A stretch of DNA of 63,974 bases, filler included, from Reclinomonas americana ATCC 50394 (Eukaryota), in NCBI GenBank assembly GCA_048213135.1. It is 11 parts of 11 records of this genome, joined end to end, with 100 filler letters (N's around TTAATTAATTAA, not from the genome) between each part and the next. Parts side by side here need not be neighbours in the genome. Positions count along the whole stretch, not along the records: positions 1 to 3,324 come from AFZH01019791.1; positions 3,425 to 24,194 come from AFZH01019792.1; 9 more parts are not named here. One strand, written 5' to 3'. Made by a program: the position numbers and the translations under genes. The notes under the pieces were generated by a model. It saw only the letters and a program-made list of their open reading frames with translations. It was not told where the DNA came from and did no database searches. Each line of letters opens with the position of its first letter. Position 1 is the stretch's first letter. Positions 1-11,500 of the stretch are shown piece after piece.

Positions 1-2472
1 GCCATTGGCAGTCATCGACACAGTACTGCCAGAGAGCGAGAATGACGCCGAATTGCCTCCGGCGATAATGCTGTACGTGAAGCTCTCGCTGACATCGGGG
101 TCCACCGCCGACAACGTACCAATGACCAGTGGTGCGCCGGCAGACGGTGCAATGTACGTATTTGGCGACAGCGACACCGACGTGGGCGGGGTGTTGCCTG
201 TGCGGATCGCAGGTGAGCAGAAATGGACAGAGAGAGAGAGAGAGACTAGAATGGAGAACAGAGTCGATCATAGTGCAGATAGTCTGGCAGACTCGAGGGG
301 GCAAAGCAGCGCGTGATGTGCGCGTGCAATGTGGGTGTGACAACACGGACAGTGGGCAGCAACGAACCAATCGCGCAACAGGCAATGCCATTCGGAGAGT
401 ACGAGCCGTTCGGTGCACCAGACGCTGAGTTTGTCATGTAGTCGATGCGACCCCACCCACTGCCCGGGCACGAGGTTACTCCACTCTGTTTGAACATGCA
501 GTCCTTGCCGAATCCAGCCAAGTCGTTGAAACTCGGATTCAAGAAGTTGATCACGTTGCACGTGTTGGCATCCTGCACCGCGCGATATGCGTAGCAGCCC
601 GGCACAGTCGCAGACGCAGTGGCGTATGGCACCGCAGCAAGGATACTGGCACTGCTGGAAGTACACACAGCAAAGCGCACACTGCGAGTGTGTGGAACGC
701 GGAGTGAGTACAGAGACGTCAAGCAGCACCATGCACACACTAGGTACACACTTGTTGCACAGATTGGTGGCCGTTGAGTCACTGACGACGCCCCATGTGC
801 CGTCGCACAATGCTACACTCCCTACTGTATTAGAGAACGTGTATGTCGGAACTGCCTGCGATCCGCACGCTGCACCGAAAAGAAGACCATGCGTGAGCAA
901 CAGCCAACGAAATGCCAGTGCGCACGCACGTCGCCAATCATACCAGTGATCGGCGCTGTTCCATAGGTGTCGCACTGAGCAAAGAGAGAGATGACGCGGC
1001 GCGTGAGACACAAGAATCTCTCGCATGGCTACACAGTGCCGCGGGTCACGCAACAAACGAGTACGTCAGCTCAATGTAGTCGACCATGGTATCGTCCCAC
1101 ACCATCACATCAATCTGCGAGCGCAGCGTCAACCATCGCTGACAGGAGACACGTATCACAATGCAAGGCAGACACGCGAAACTCGCTGGCTCGAGTTGAC
1201 CGACGTGAGAAGACCAGCCAGGGAGCTCAGGCTGTACGTGAGTAATACTCCCGACGGATACAGCGTCTTGTTCCACGGCGAGATGATGCTGCTGATAGAG
1301 TTCGTGTAGTATGGCGAAACCCAGCCACTTACGGACGAGTACACGCCGATCCACACGGTGTCGTTCTCCGGTTGGTCGGTGCTGCCGTAGCCAGTGATCA
1401 ACATCTTGACGGTGGCCGCTGTCATGTTGTTGGGCAAGCCGGTGAAGGTGGTAATCACAGGCGCATTGAAGGTGATGTTGTCAAAGGCTTTGTATGGCGA
1501 GAAGGCCGCGATGAGCGCCGCGGAGGGCGAGACGGCATCTGCGCAGAGAGGAGGAGGAGCGCAGCGGTGAGGGTTTCATCGAAATCAATCGATTGCATGG
1601 TGGAGTGGAGGGAAGGGGAAGACGCTGCGGGGGAAGACGGAGGAGAGAGGAGGAGAGGGAGGGTGGGAGGGAGAGAGAGAAAGAAAGAGGGAGTGGGGGA
1701 GAGAGAGGGAGACAAAAGTGAGGGAAAGAGAGAGAGGTGAACACGCGACTGCGACTTTAAGTGCCCAGATGTGACAAAAGGCACTTGCGCCTCGACCACC
1801 GCCGCGTTTGCCTCTTTGCGGTGAATGTGGGAGAAGAATGCAAGGAGCTGACTGATGCATTGTCATCTCTCGTTGCGCCAATTCGGCGAATCAGCACACA
1901 CAATAACAGTGTAATGAAGACACAAAAAGGCAATTGAAAGAAAGGAACTCGTGGGGAGTGTGCGAGAAGAGACGAGGAGTTGGCGGAGAACAGAATGGAG
2001 TGCAGAGATTTTGCGCGCGAAAATCAATCATGTGTTCAGTTGGGAAATGGGTGTGCAACACACTCCGAATACCCACTCATACACATCCCACTACACGCAC
2101 AGGAAGTGTGTGTGTGTGTGTGTTGAGCAGCAGCAGCAGCAGCGTGCGGAACGAGATGTGCGCTGCGAGTTCTCACACGCACACGCAGACAGACAGAACA
2201 TACCAGAGACCCCGGCTCTGTCACTCACCTGTCGGTGCGGCGAACGTGTCCTTCACACCATGCAGAACAGTAACCGTGTGGCAGGCGGCGTCGACAGAGG
2301 AAGGCACGCAGGCGAGAGCGATGAGAAGAATCGCCAAGGCCAACAATTTCGACAACGTGTGGGAGCAAGGCCAAGGTCGTCTTGCCCTCACACGGAGGAG
2401 CGTGAGTGTGGCGACACCTCGAGCGCCCTCGCAACGACGGCGACGGAGGTGGAGATGCTCTCGTGACCCCAT
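1..2472 (-). CDS. Multi-exon secreted/surface protein (3'-truncated at window start): signal peptide, beta-sandwich-like domain, Cys-rich lectin-like domain, cadherin-like repeat
   Basis: Hydrophobic signal-like LLALAILLIALACVPSSVDA (ORF 2221..2472), then GT-AG spliced exons giving ...FTGLPNNMTAATVKMLITG...IDVMVWDDTMVDYIEL and the Cys-rich ALCDGTWG...GIACCA. Exon 197..1 reads NTPPTSVSLSPNTYIAPSAGAPLVIGTLSAVDPDVSESFTYSIIAGGNSASFSLSG (cadherin AxDxD and YSIxxGN..F pattern). Start codon uncertain. Confidence 0.7.
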
Positions 2473-3175
2473 GTGCGCGCTGTCGTTGTGTGTGCGCGCG
2501 CCGAAAAAGGTGAATAATTAATTAGCAATGATGGACGCGATGGACACCAGTGACTGCCCGCGATTGGAGCGGGCAGACAGTCAACGCTGCTTCCAGACAC
2601 GCAGTGCGCGAGGGGTTGATGACAAGGGGCCACGGTGCTGTCGAGTACAATAGGTATGTTCGAATTCGAACCCACAGACAATCATCGCGCGCTGTGGAAA
2701 TGTGCCTCAGCAGCAATCCGTTCGGGTTCTCAATATCGGTCGTAAGGATTGGAGGCGGGGCAACAGAACTAGCACGGAGTGGAGATAGAAGGGCTGGGGT
2801 CAGTGACAGCGATGATCACAACAAAAAATCACAAATCTGTTCTCAAGCAAATAAACAGCGAACGCAAACACCGGTATGCCGGCCGGTACCTGCTGGCCAG
2901 TGTTGCCGGTTGCGGCGCCGGCATGTTCTTCCAACAACAACAACAACAATTCATTCACCAACAAACAAGCAACAGCTGTCTTGATCTGTGTAAGACGCAA
3001 GGGTTGTTGACCTCGTAAGTGTGCTCATGGTCGTCATGAGCCGTGGTTTCTCTTGCAGAAACGCCAGCATTAGCCATCTCGACTTTTTCTCGCTTTTTTT
3101 CGTGATGTCTGAGTTTCTGGTGCTCACTCAAGATGGTGATCATCATGCAGCTGTGTTGCTGTCTGGATTAGTAAA

Positions 3176-3176
3176 G

Positions 3177-3208
<32 letters not shown>

Positions 3209-3209
3209 A
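3176..3209. repeat. (TTG)n microsatellite
   Basis: Perfect ttg run visible in the sequence. Confidence 0.9.
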
Positions 3210-3324
3210 GCTTGATCTTCACCGCATAAGCGTGGTTGAACAGTGGATTTGACGCACTTGCATAGACGCATAGCGTTTTCTGCGATCGTACACGGCACAT
3301 CGAATTCGGGAAATGGCCATAGCC

Positions 3325-3424
3325 NNNNNNNNNNNNNNNNNNNNNNNNNNNNNNNNNNNNNNNNNNNNTTAATTAATTAANNNNNNNNNNNNNNNNNNNN
3401 NNNNNNNNNNNNNNNNNNNNNNNN
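3325..3424. other. Artificial contig spacer N44-TTAATTAATTAA-N44; identical copies at 24195-24294, 28962-29061, 37528-37627, 39835-39934, 44071-44170, 50561-50660, 58334-58433, 60370-60469, 62769-62868
   Basis: Identical 100-nt block ten times; TTAATTAATTAA places stops in all six frames. Confidence 0.98.
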
Positions 3425-3869
3425 TTGTAGGCAAGCAAAGCAAAGCCGAGTCCGGATCCGAGAGGTGTCGTCATTTGTGGCGAGGTTTAACAAGGAGAGC
3501 TTGTCATGTTGTTGGCGAGGCCCATATCGGTGATGGCTTGAGCAGGTGGTACGCGCAGTTGTTGTTGTTGTTGTTGTCATTGTTGCAGCAGCAGTGACTT
3601 CAACACTGTGGCAGCCACTGACCGGCGGCCGCACAGTGAGAAACAAGAGAACAACAAGGGGTCGGCATACTGCTGCGCCGACACCGTGATGTTGTTGCTC
3701 GTAAGCGAGAACAGACTACCCTTCTTCCGAGTATGTCTGGGTTCCTCCGCAGCGCTGCACCTCAACTGTTCCGAAAAACTCTCTGGTAGTCAATCAAGAG
3801 GGGGATTCTGGTTCACTCATGATCACGGTAGTTCTCCACTGGCAAGAGTGAACAATTGCAAAGACTCTC

Positions 3870-4413
3870 TCAGATGCCATTCTCCGCCATGAAGTCCTGC
3901 GTGTTCTGCGAAAGGTTTTGCAGAGAAGCCATGCCTGCACCAGCAAGAAGTTCACGATGATCAGCGTCCAGATGATTGTGCATGTGGGAATGGCATTGCG
4001 GCTCACCATCTGCGCCAAACCCACTTACGCCATACTGCTGCGAGGCTGCGCTGAAGTTGTCGGCACCATTCACCAGACCAGGCAACACCGAGTAGCTGCG
4101 ACCGCAGACGGAGAGAGGAGAGAGTCGGTGTCGGTGCGTGAGCGAGACAGCGGACGTGACGTCGAGTGGTCAGCGAAACCCACGCAACTGGCCACCGAGA
4201 GGACCCTACAAACACACACCCGCATCCACACACAGCGAGAGAGAGAGAGAGCGAGAGAGTGAGTGAGAGAGAGTCGGCTTGCCGATCTTGAAGCAAAGTT
4301 AACCAGGTTTTGATCGAACACTGACTTGGCACACACACATACACACTCATAAACAAGAAGTGCTGCTTCGTAAGTGCACGCACAACAGGGTCAATCAGCG
4401 CGGGGACGTTCAT
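3870..4413 (-). CDS. Small orphan protein, tandem paralog 1 (~66 aa, 4 exons): MNVPALIDPV|GPLGGH|YSVLPGLVNGADNFSAASQQYGVSGFGADG|MASLQNLSQNTQDFMAENGI*
   Basis: ATG at 4413, TGA at 3870-3872, GT-AG introns. Differences from paralog 2 are largely synonymous or conservative in this frame, while the introns have diverged. Confidence 0.75.
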
Positions 4414-4510
4414 CGTATCGTATCGTGTAGTGATTGAGTGCAGTCATCAGTCTGTTGGTGTTTCATTCACTGCGCAGCACGGCGCGCTGCTGCATCGTAG
4501 ATAAAGACTC

Positions 4511-5022
4511 TCAGATGCCATTCTCCGCCATGAAGTCCTGCGTGTTCTGCGAAATGGTCTGCAGAGAGCCCAACACTGCCAACAAAACGCATGACTAATC
4601 AGATAACACATCGATGCGATGTTGACAGAGGCTCTTCGCTCACCATCCGAGCCGTATCCGGGCACACCATACTGCTGAGAGGAAGCGGTCATGTTGTCGG
4701 CACTGTTCACCATGCCAGGCAACACCGAGTAGCTGCAACAGAGAGAGACAGAGAGAGAGAGAGAGAGTGATTGTATGAGAGAGATATAATGATTGGCTGT
4801 GCGTTGAGCAAAGCGTGTGTGCACGCAACTGGCCACCCAGAGGGCCCTGTACACGAGAGATGGAGAGAAAGAGAGTGAGTGAGAACATGAATCTGACTGT
4901 TCTCAGGCTTGATTGTTCGCAGCGAAAACATTGACCCCCATGAACGCGCACACACACATACACAACACACAGCATACGCTTAGAGTACGCACAACGGGGT
5001 CAATCAGCGCGGGAACGTTCAT
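4511..5022 (-). CDS. Small orphan protein, tandem paralog 2 (~66 aa, 4 exons): MNVPALIDPV|GPLGGH|YSVLPGMVNSADNMTASSQQYGVPGYGSDV|LGSLQTISQNTQDFMAENGI*
   Basis: ATG at 5022, TGA at 4511-4513. Same exon structure as paralog 1; the last ~40 coding nt are identical to paralog 1. Confidence 0.75.
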
Positions 5023-5564
5023 GGCTTTTGATACGTGACAGTGTGTCGGTGTGTGAAGCAGTCCTGCGCGTCCCCATGTCAAAACCTTCCTCCGTGCTGC
5101 GCGTGCGGCGTACGTGGCACCTACATTCCCTAGTGCTCTGCTCCCTCTCTTACAGGAGAGCATGGCAGTTATGATTTTCGACGCGCAAGCCGGCATGATC
5201 TCGACGTTCACTCCATCGCAGCCTGTGCACGAATGCAAACCCACACGCCACATCAGACACCCTGTTGCTGCGTTTTACACTTTGTCTTTTCCAAGTGCGC
5301 CAACGAAAGAAGCATTCAGTGAGCGCGAGGATTCCAGCGACGTCGACGTCGATGATATCGAAAAAATCGAAGTCCAACGCATGGCATTTCGTCGCCAATC
5401 ACACTATAGACTCCGAGTAGTCGCACAAGCCTTCTGTACTTGCTCTTTGGCTGCCACGAACAGCGTGTCCGGATCGCGTTCGGATTGGTCGGAGTGTCTC
5501 GAACATCGAATCTCTCTCTCTTTCTGTGCGGAGACACCGATTCTCACAGCACCCTCTGTCGACA

Positions 5565-8500
5565 ATGAACCCACTCGAGTTCCGCTCACTGCACTCCTTC
5601 TCCAACTTCTCTCTCTCTCTCTCTCACACTGCCTGTCTCTCTGCAGCTCTCCTGATACATACCGCATTCCACCGCCCTCACCCGGTGTCTCAGCCTCTCC
5701 CTTCCCAACACCAGTGCGTCTCCACCTTCAAAGTGTATGTGTGTGTGTGCGCGCGCGACACTCATCCGCTCACTTGCTGTATGTGTGTGCACAGGCACCC
5801 ATTGATCACTCGTTTCCCCGAAGTGATAGTGCAAGTGGCAGCGGGTCTGTCAGTGTGTGTGCGCGTGTGTGCCTCTCTCTCCCTCTCCCTCCCTACTCTC
5901 TCCCTCCCTCTCCCTCCTCTCTCTCTCTCTCTGCTTGCTTGTCTAACTCACTGATCTCATCAATCACTCTCTCCCTCTCTCTCCCAACTCCCTCCCCACT
6001 CTCTCCCTCTCCCTCTGTCCTGCAGCTGGCCACACGTGCCTCCACCCGCCCCGGTAGACGACGGAGTTGACCCACAACGGTGATCGCGTTCGTGTTCGAG
6101 CGCAGTGATGATCTCCGCTCGTTCTCACACACACAGGCCACCGAACACAGAAAGTTGCAAAATGCACTGCGCTTGCACCTGGCCACGCTGCAGTCGGCTC
6201 TCCGTGTGCTGCGCGCCTACCTCGAGCAGGCAGTGATCAAATTCCGCCAAGAGGTGCTTCTCGACGACACCGCGCTTCCCGTGCGGATCGATGCGACCTA
6301 CTTTGTTGATCCGAAACCACTGCCGCCTGACTTGCAGTGGAGGTACATCTCACTCACACACATTATTCCGAGCCTGATTTTCCCCCGCAGCATGGCTCAC
6401 GCACTCGCCTCCTTTGCGCAGATATCGAGTTGTGCACAAGGCTGACGGCACCGAGTACCGTGTGCGCTCCAAGCTCAAGCAAGCCGAGCAAAAGGCGGCG
6501 TGGGAGACGCTGTTCAGGACTGGATCTGCGGCCGACCTGGATATCACGGCGGCGAATTATTGCGCGCAGCTCATTGGATATCGACCGGTGAAGGCGTACG
6601 CGACCGAGCCGAAAACCACAGACAAGGCCAAGTTGTGGGACGCCGAGTGCCAGCGGGAGCGTGCAGCTGTGCTGTTGGTGCCCGACAAACCAGCGGTGCG
6701 TGCGAGTCTCCTCTTTATCTCACTCGTTCCCTGCGCTCATGTTTTCTCTCATTGCCCTCTTCCCCCCTTTCCCTTTCCTGTCCACCTCCCCCACAGAGAC
6801 TGGCGTTTCACTGTGTGCAGCAGATCCGCAACGAAATCGTGCACGCCGAGTCCATTGGTCTCACCGACGACCAATTTAACAGCACCATGAACGACCTGGT
6901 TCGCAGTGTGCGCGAACTGGCGGCCTCGTGCAACGTCACTGTCAACTCGCACTGGTACGGTGAAATCGATCGCATCATGCACGGCGATGTGAGCGCCATG
7001 CTGTCGGACTTTGACGGCAAGGTCCGTCGTCTGTGCGACTCGCAACTGGCGAGGTTCGAGGACGCTGTGCAGTGCACATTCGATGTCTCCTGCGCCGCGC
7101 CAGATGCTCGCGATCATCGAGCGCCTGTGACTCATGAGGTGAGCGCTGCTGCTGATGTGTGTGTGTGTGTGCGTGTTTGTTGCATGGGACCTTATGCCGT
7201 CATCGAATTTCGCCCGGGCAGGTGCGCACCTTCTTGGCCAACCAAAAAGCACACGTCATGCTTTTGTTTGGCGCCGCGGGTAGCGGTAAATCACATGTGC
7301 TGGCTCGCACCGCGGTGGAGTTGGCTCGCCGCGTTCTGCACGAGGGCGACACGTCGGAGAGGCTTTCGCAGTGTCGAGTGCCAGTGTACATTCCGCTGCA
7401 CCTGCTGCAGCTGCCGGCGGATCGCCTGCGCAGTCAGCTGCTTCCGGAGGCGCTCAAGTTGTACTCCGGCGACTTTTCGGCCAGTGATGTCGATCGTTTG
7501 CGCCAACAGCCGCTGCTGCTGCTCGTCGACGGCTTTGACAGCGCCAACATTGAGGAGCACATTTTTACCAGAGACGGAGTTGCGTTGTGTGTGCTCGAGG
7601 TGTGTCATTTTTTTCAAAATCAGCTGCTGCTGACCCGTCTGCCCGTGGCGCCTGCAGTTGCTGCAGTACCAGAACGTCAAGGTCATCATCGTGTGCCGAC
7701 CCGAGTATGCGGCTCAACTCGGCACCTCCGAGGACGACTACGTGCAAGTGATGTGGCCAACAGCAGTGGCCGGCACGCTCGTACACCAGCAGTGGCTTGT
7801 CCAGCGTCTTTTGTTGCCACTTGCCGACGATGAGTTGGTGTCGGCCATTGACGAGCTGCAGCTCTCCAACGATGATTCGAGTCCAGTGGTGGAGATTGGC
7901 GCCAGTGCCATCAGCAAACTGACGCTGCTGCAAGCGTCGCCGGCACTGTTGGCGCTGTGTCGCCTGCCTGCGCTGTTGACCGAGTGCTTTGCACACATTG
8001 CGGCGGCCGCCGTGGACCACTTTCAAGGGTCGTTTGGTTCGTGGGAACACGTGTGTGGCGTTCTCGCTTCGTGGATGGTGTCGGAGCGGGAGCGCATCAT
8101 CCAAGCTGGCCAACCCGGTTCGGTTCCGTCTGTCGACGAGTGCCTCACGTGGGCCAGCCGCTTCGCGCAACTGGTGACCATCAGTCGCGAGTGGGAGATC
8201 CACTTTCCACGCGCCGCCCGAGTTGACGAGGCAGACGCTAATCTGTTGGAGGGTCTGCCAGTTGCTGGCGCTCCCAAGCGCGGCCAACACGCGCTCGCTC
8301 TCGGCGGCAGTGCTGAGGTGGACCGCGAGAGGTCAGCAGGCGACGACGCATCACCGTCGCCGGCTCCTGGCACAATAGCGCCGTGGTCACCGGACATTGG
8401 CATGCGCCGCATCATGGACATGATGCGCCAATGGGCCTCACGCCGCCTCTTTGTGCCTTTCCTGCTGTGCACATTGCCGGACACCTACTACATGGTTGAC

Positions 8501-11500
8501 CAGGCGTTTACCATGGCCCTGGCCGGTAACAACATCACGTCTGCTCTGCGCAACTTGGCGCACACCACGCCGCTGGCGTGCTTTGACAGTTTCGTCGCCG
8601 TTGTCATGATTTCATTGTGTTCTTGTCACTTGCTGATTCTTCAACCGCTGGCTACGCAGAGTGGGCTGTGAGTCTTGGCGCAACTCTCACCGACAGCAAG
8701 TCGGCACACGCGGCGAGTGTGGCCGCAAGGTACGTGCCGCGTCTCAAAAAATTGCTTGCTTGTCTACTTTCATGATTCTCATGATTCTCAACTCCCGATT
8801 ATTGCACAGTCGCAAACGCGAGCTGTGGTTGCGATTGGACTGCGCCATCAGTCAGGTTGTGCTTCCGGCACTGCGGTTTCACGCAGTACACCGGTATCGT
8901 GACTTCAAGAGGCGCACGGCAAGCGAGTCACCACCTTTCGATTACCGACTGATTGTACCCGACCGAGATCCTGCAGCTCTCTCGGACCATGACTGGAGGT
9001 TTGGTCATGTGCTTCTCTTCTTCTCCACCCGTGGGCGTTGCACTGGATTCTGACACACAACGACACATCGCAGATACTGGTGGACCGCGTCAGATGATGG
9101 CAAGAAATTCAAGTCTTGCCGTCCACAGGCCTCTGCCGGTAAATCTCGCGACGTGATCATGGAGCAACTGCGATTGCTCGATGAGGAGGCCAATGCGGAT
9201 TCCATGGAACTCACCTTCCTGTCGTCGCTCATCTGCTTCCTTGGTTACCGCTTGCCCAGCCGAGTGGCGGTGCGCCCGGCCGACGAAGCAATCGCGAGTT
9301 ACTGGGACGACACGATTCATTGTGACCGCACTGTGTTGCTGTTGGAGCCAGACGCCGTGGTGGTACGTGTGTGCGAATCGCGGTCTCGTTAGTCAGTCAA
9401 AGTCTTCTTTTTTGCTGTGCTTACTGTGGACGGCAGAGAGACGCGGTGGCGGGCATGAGAGACATCCGCAACAGTGTGTTCCACGAGGAGCTGTCCACTG
9501 CCGAAGCCATGGAGCACGTTTTTGAGCAATTGGCAAAGTACCTGCGCATCCTCGAGGTGCAGGTGCCCGGTGACGCGGAAAGTCCGCGTTGGTTCGACCG
9601 ACTGCAGCGGTACCGTTGTGGTGAGCGCTCCTTCGTCTCTCAGTGGAGCCTCATCATCCACACCGTGCACAACTCACCTGTATGTACGCTGCAGATCCGT
9701 TCGACACCTTGGTGCAGTACACCACTTTGGAGGCGAAGCTGGCGCAAGTTGTCGAACGACAGTCCTGGCAGTTGCAGCACAATCCGCAGATGCAACGCGA
9801 ACTGGAGCTGTATGTTCCGTTGGAGTGTGTGGCATCGAGGCTTGCCGCCGACAAGAGGAGTTTGCAGAACGAGGTGTGTTGTGTGTCGGGCAAGGTCACC
9901 GCACACTGTCTTCCTTTCTGTAGTAACTGTGCATTTTTGTGAACCATTAAGTATTGCCTTTCTAATTCGTGGATGTGCAGTTTGAAACCTTCCTGGCCGA
10001 TCCAGCGGCACATGTAATGCTCGTTCTCGGTGACGGCGGCAGCGGCAAGAGTCTGAGCTTGGCGGTGCTGGCCAATCGGATGCTGGCGCAGCACGCAGAT
10101 GGCACCGCACGCCTGCCGCTGCGTGTTTCGCTGGCCAGCCTGCAGCAACCGGCCACCAACCTTGTGGCCGAGACTCTCATGCAGCTGCACCCATTCATCA
10201 AGGAGGATGACGTGCAGCAGTTGCGACATTTGCCCCTGCTGCTGCTGTGCGATGGCTATGACGAGTGGCAGCAGGACATGGAACGGCCAACCAATCTCTT
10301 TGTCACTAACCAGGTTCGGCCTCCGAGCCACCGCCACATGCATGCGTCGTCACACTCACCACGCGTTCTCTCATGCAGCTCGCGCTATATGACGACGTCA
10401 AAATCATCATCACTTGCCGCAGTGACTTTGCCGACGGACTGGTCGGAGGTTACACACATGTGTTCGCGCCACCTGCGTCGCTGGCTCCCGTGCAGGTCGG
10501 CGGCGAGAACGGTGAGCAGCTCCAGCAAGAGCAGCAGCATGCAGTGGCTGACCAGCAGCCCCAATCAAGTCCGATCGAGGGTGACGAGAGGCCGGCACCG
10601 GCCGAGTCCTCGTCGCGGGCCTCCAGCTTGCAGTCTGCGTTTTCCGGTCTTGTGGTGCGACATTTGGTGCCGTTCTCGCCAGCGCAGATCGAGGAATACT
10701 TGGTGCACTACATGGCAATGTGCACTCGCAACAGCCAGCTGCTGGCCGGTGACGACATGCCTGTCTCAGAGGTCTCCTCCGCTGCTGCGGCACTGTCGTC
10801 GCCGCCGTCGCTTTTGTCCAACTCCCGATCTCCGTGGAGAGTGCTGGACGATCTGCGTGTTGCGCTGGCGGCGCTGCACGGCGCCGATGTGCTCAAGTCG
10901 TCGCCGTTCATGCTGTCCACCATGGTACAAGTGCTGCCGCAGCTGCTGGAGAAGCAAAAGAAGAAAGGCGCGGCCGGTCGACGCCAAGGTGCGCCTGCAG
11001 CCACTATTGATGGTCGCGTGGCCATGTCGGTACGCGCCGGCCGTCTGCTGCGAGTGGACGTGCTGAACGTGTTCGTGCGCGAGTGGATCGCGCGCGAACG
11101 CAATCGCCGGCCGCCCAACCAACGGCCGAATACGGACCTGTGCTTTACTTTCTTGGAGTCGCTGGCGGCCATGATGCACATTCGCGGAACCACTCGTGCG
11201 ACGGGTGTCGACTTTCTGCCGTACATGACGGACGCTCTCAGATCCATTCGCGACTGCAGTGCCATTGTGCAACGGCAGGGGACCAGCGCGTGGGCATTCT
11301 TGCACCCGTCGCTGCTCGAGTACTGTCTGGCGCGTCACGCATTTGCGCTGAAGTCGTGGGACCTCGATTACTTTGACACGCTCTCCGGTCACATTGATCT
11401 GCGCGCACACGTGCTGAATGTCCACTTCATCTCCGAGTTGCGGTACACGAGTCTGACGGCGCAGATTGCGGAGCGCGTGCGCCGCAACGAGCGCATGCAG

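Noticed and set aside
2480..3324. Short ORFs around the (TTG/CAA)n repeats
   Set aside because: No recognisable motif or consistent exon structure; cannot support a gene call
5114..6070. 318-aa ORF as a standalone gene
   Set aside because: It reads through CT/GT-rich intron sequence; better explained as the 5' region and first exons of the NLR gene, whose exact splicing I could not fully resolve
6827..9484. Calling the two-HEPN protein a Cas13 or CRISPR system
   Set aside because: No repeat-spacer array or cas genes; the HEPNs sit in a spliced STAND protein, so the likeness to Cas13 is only the two-HEPN logic
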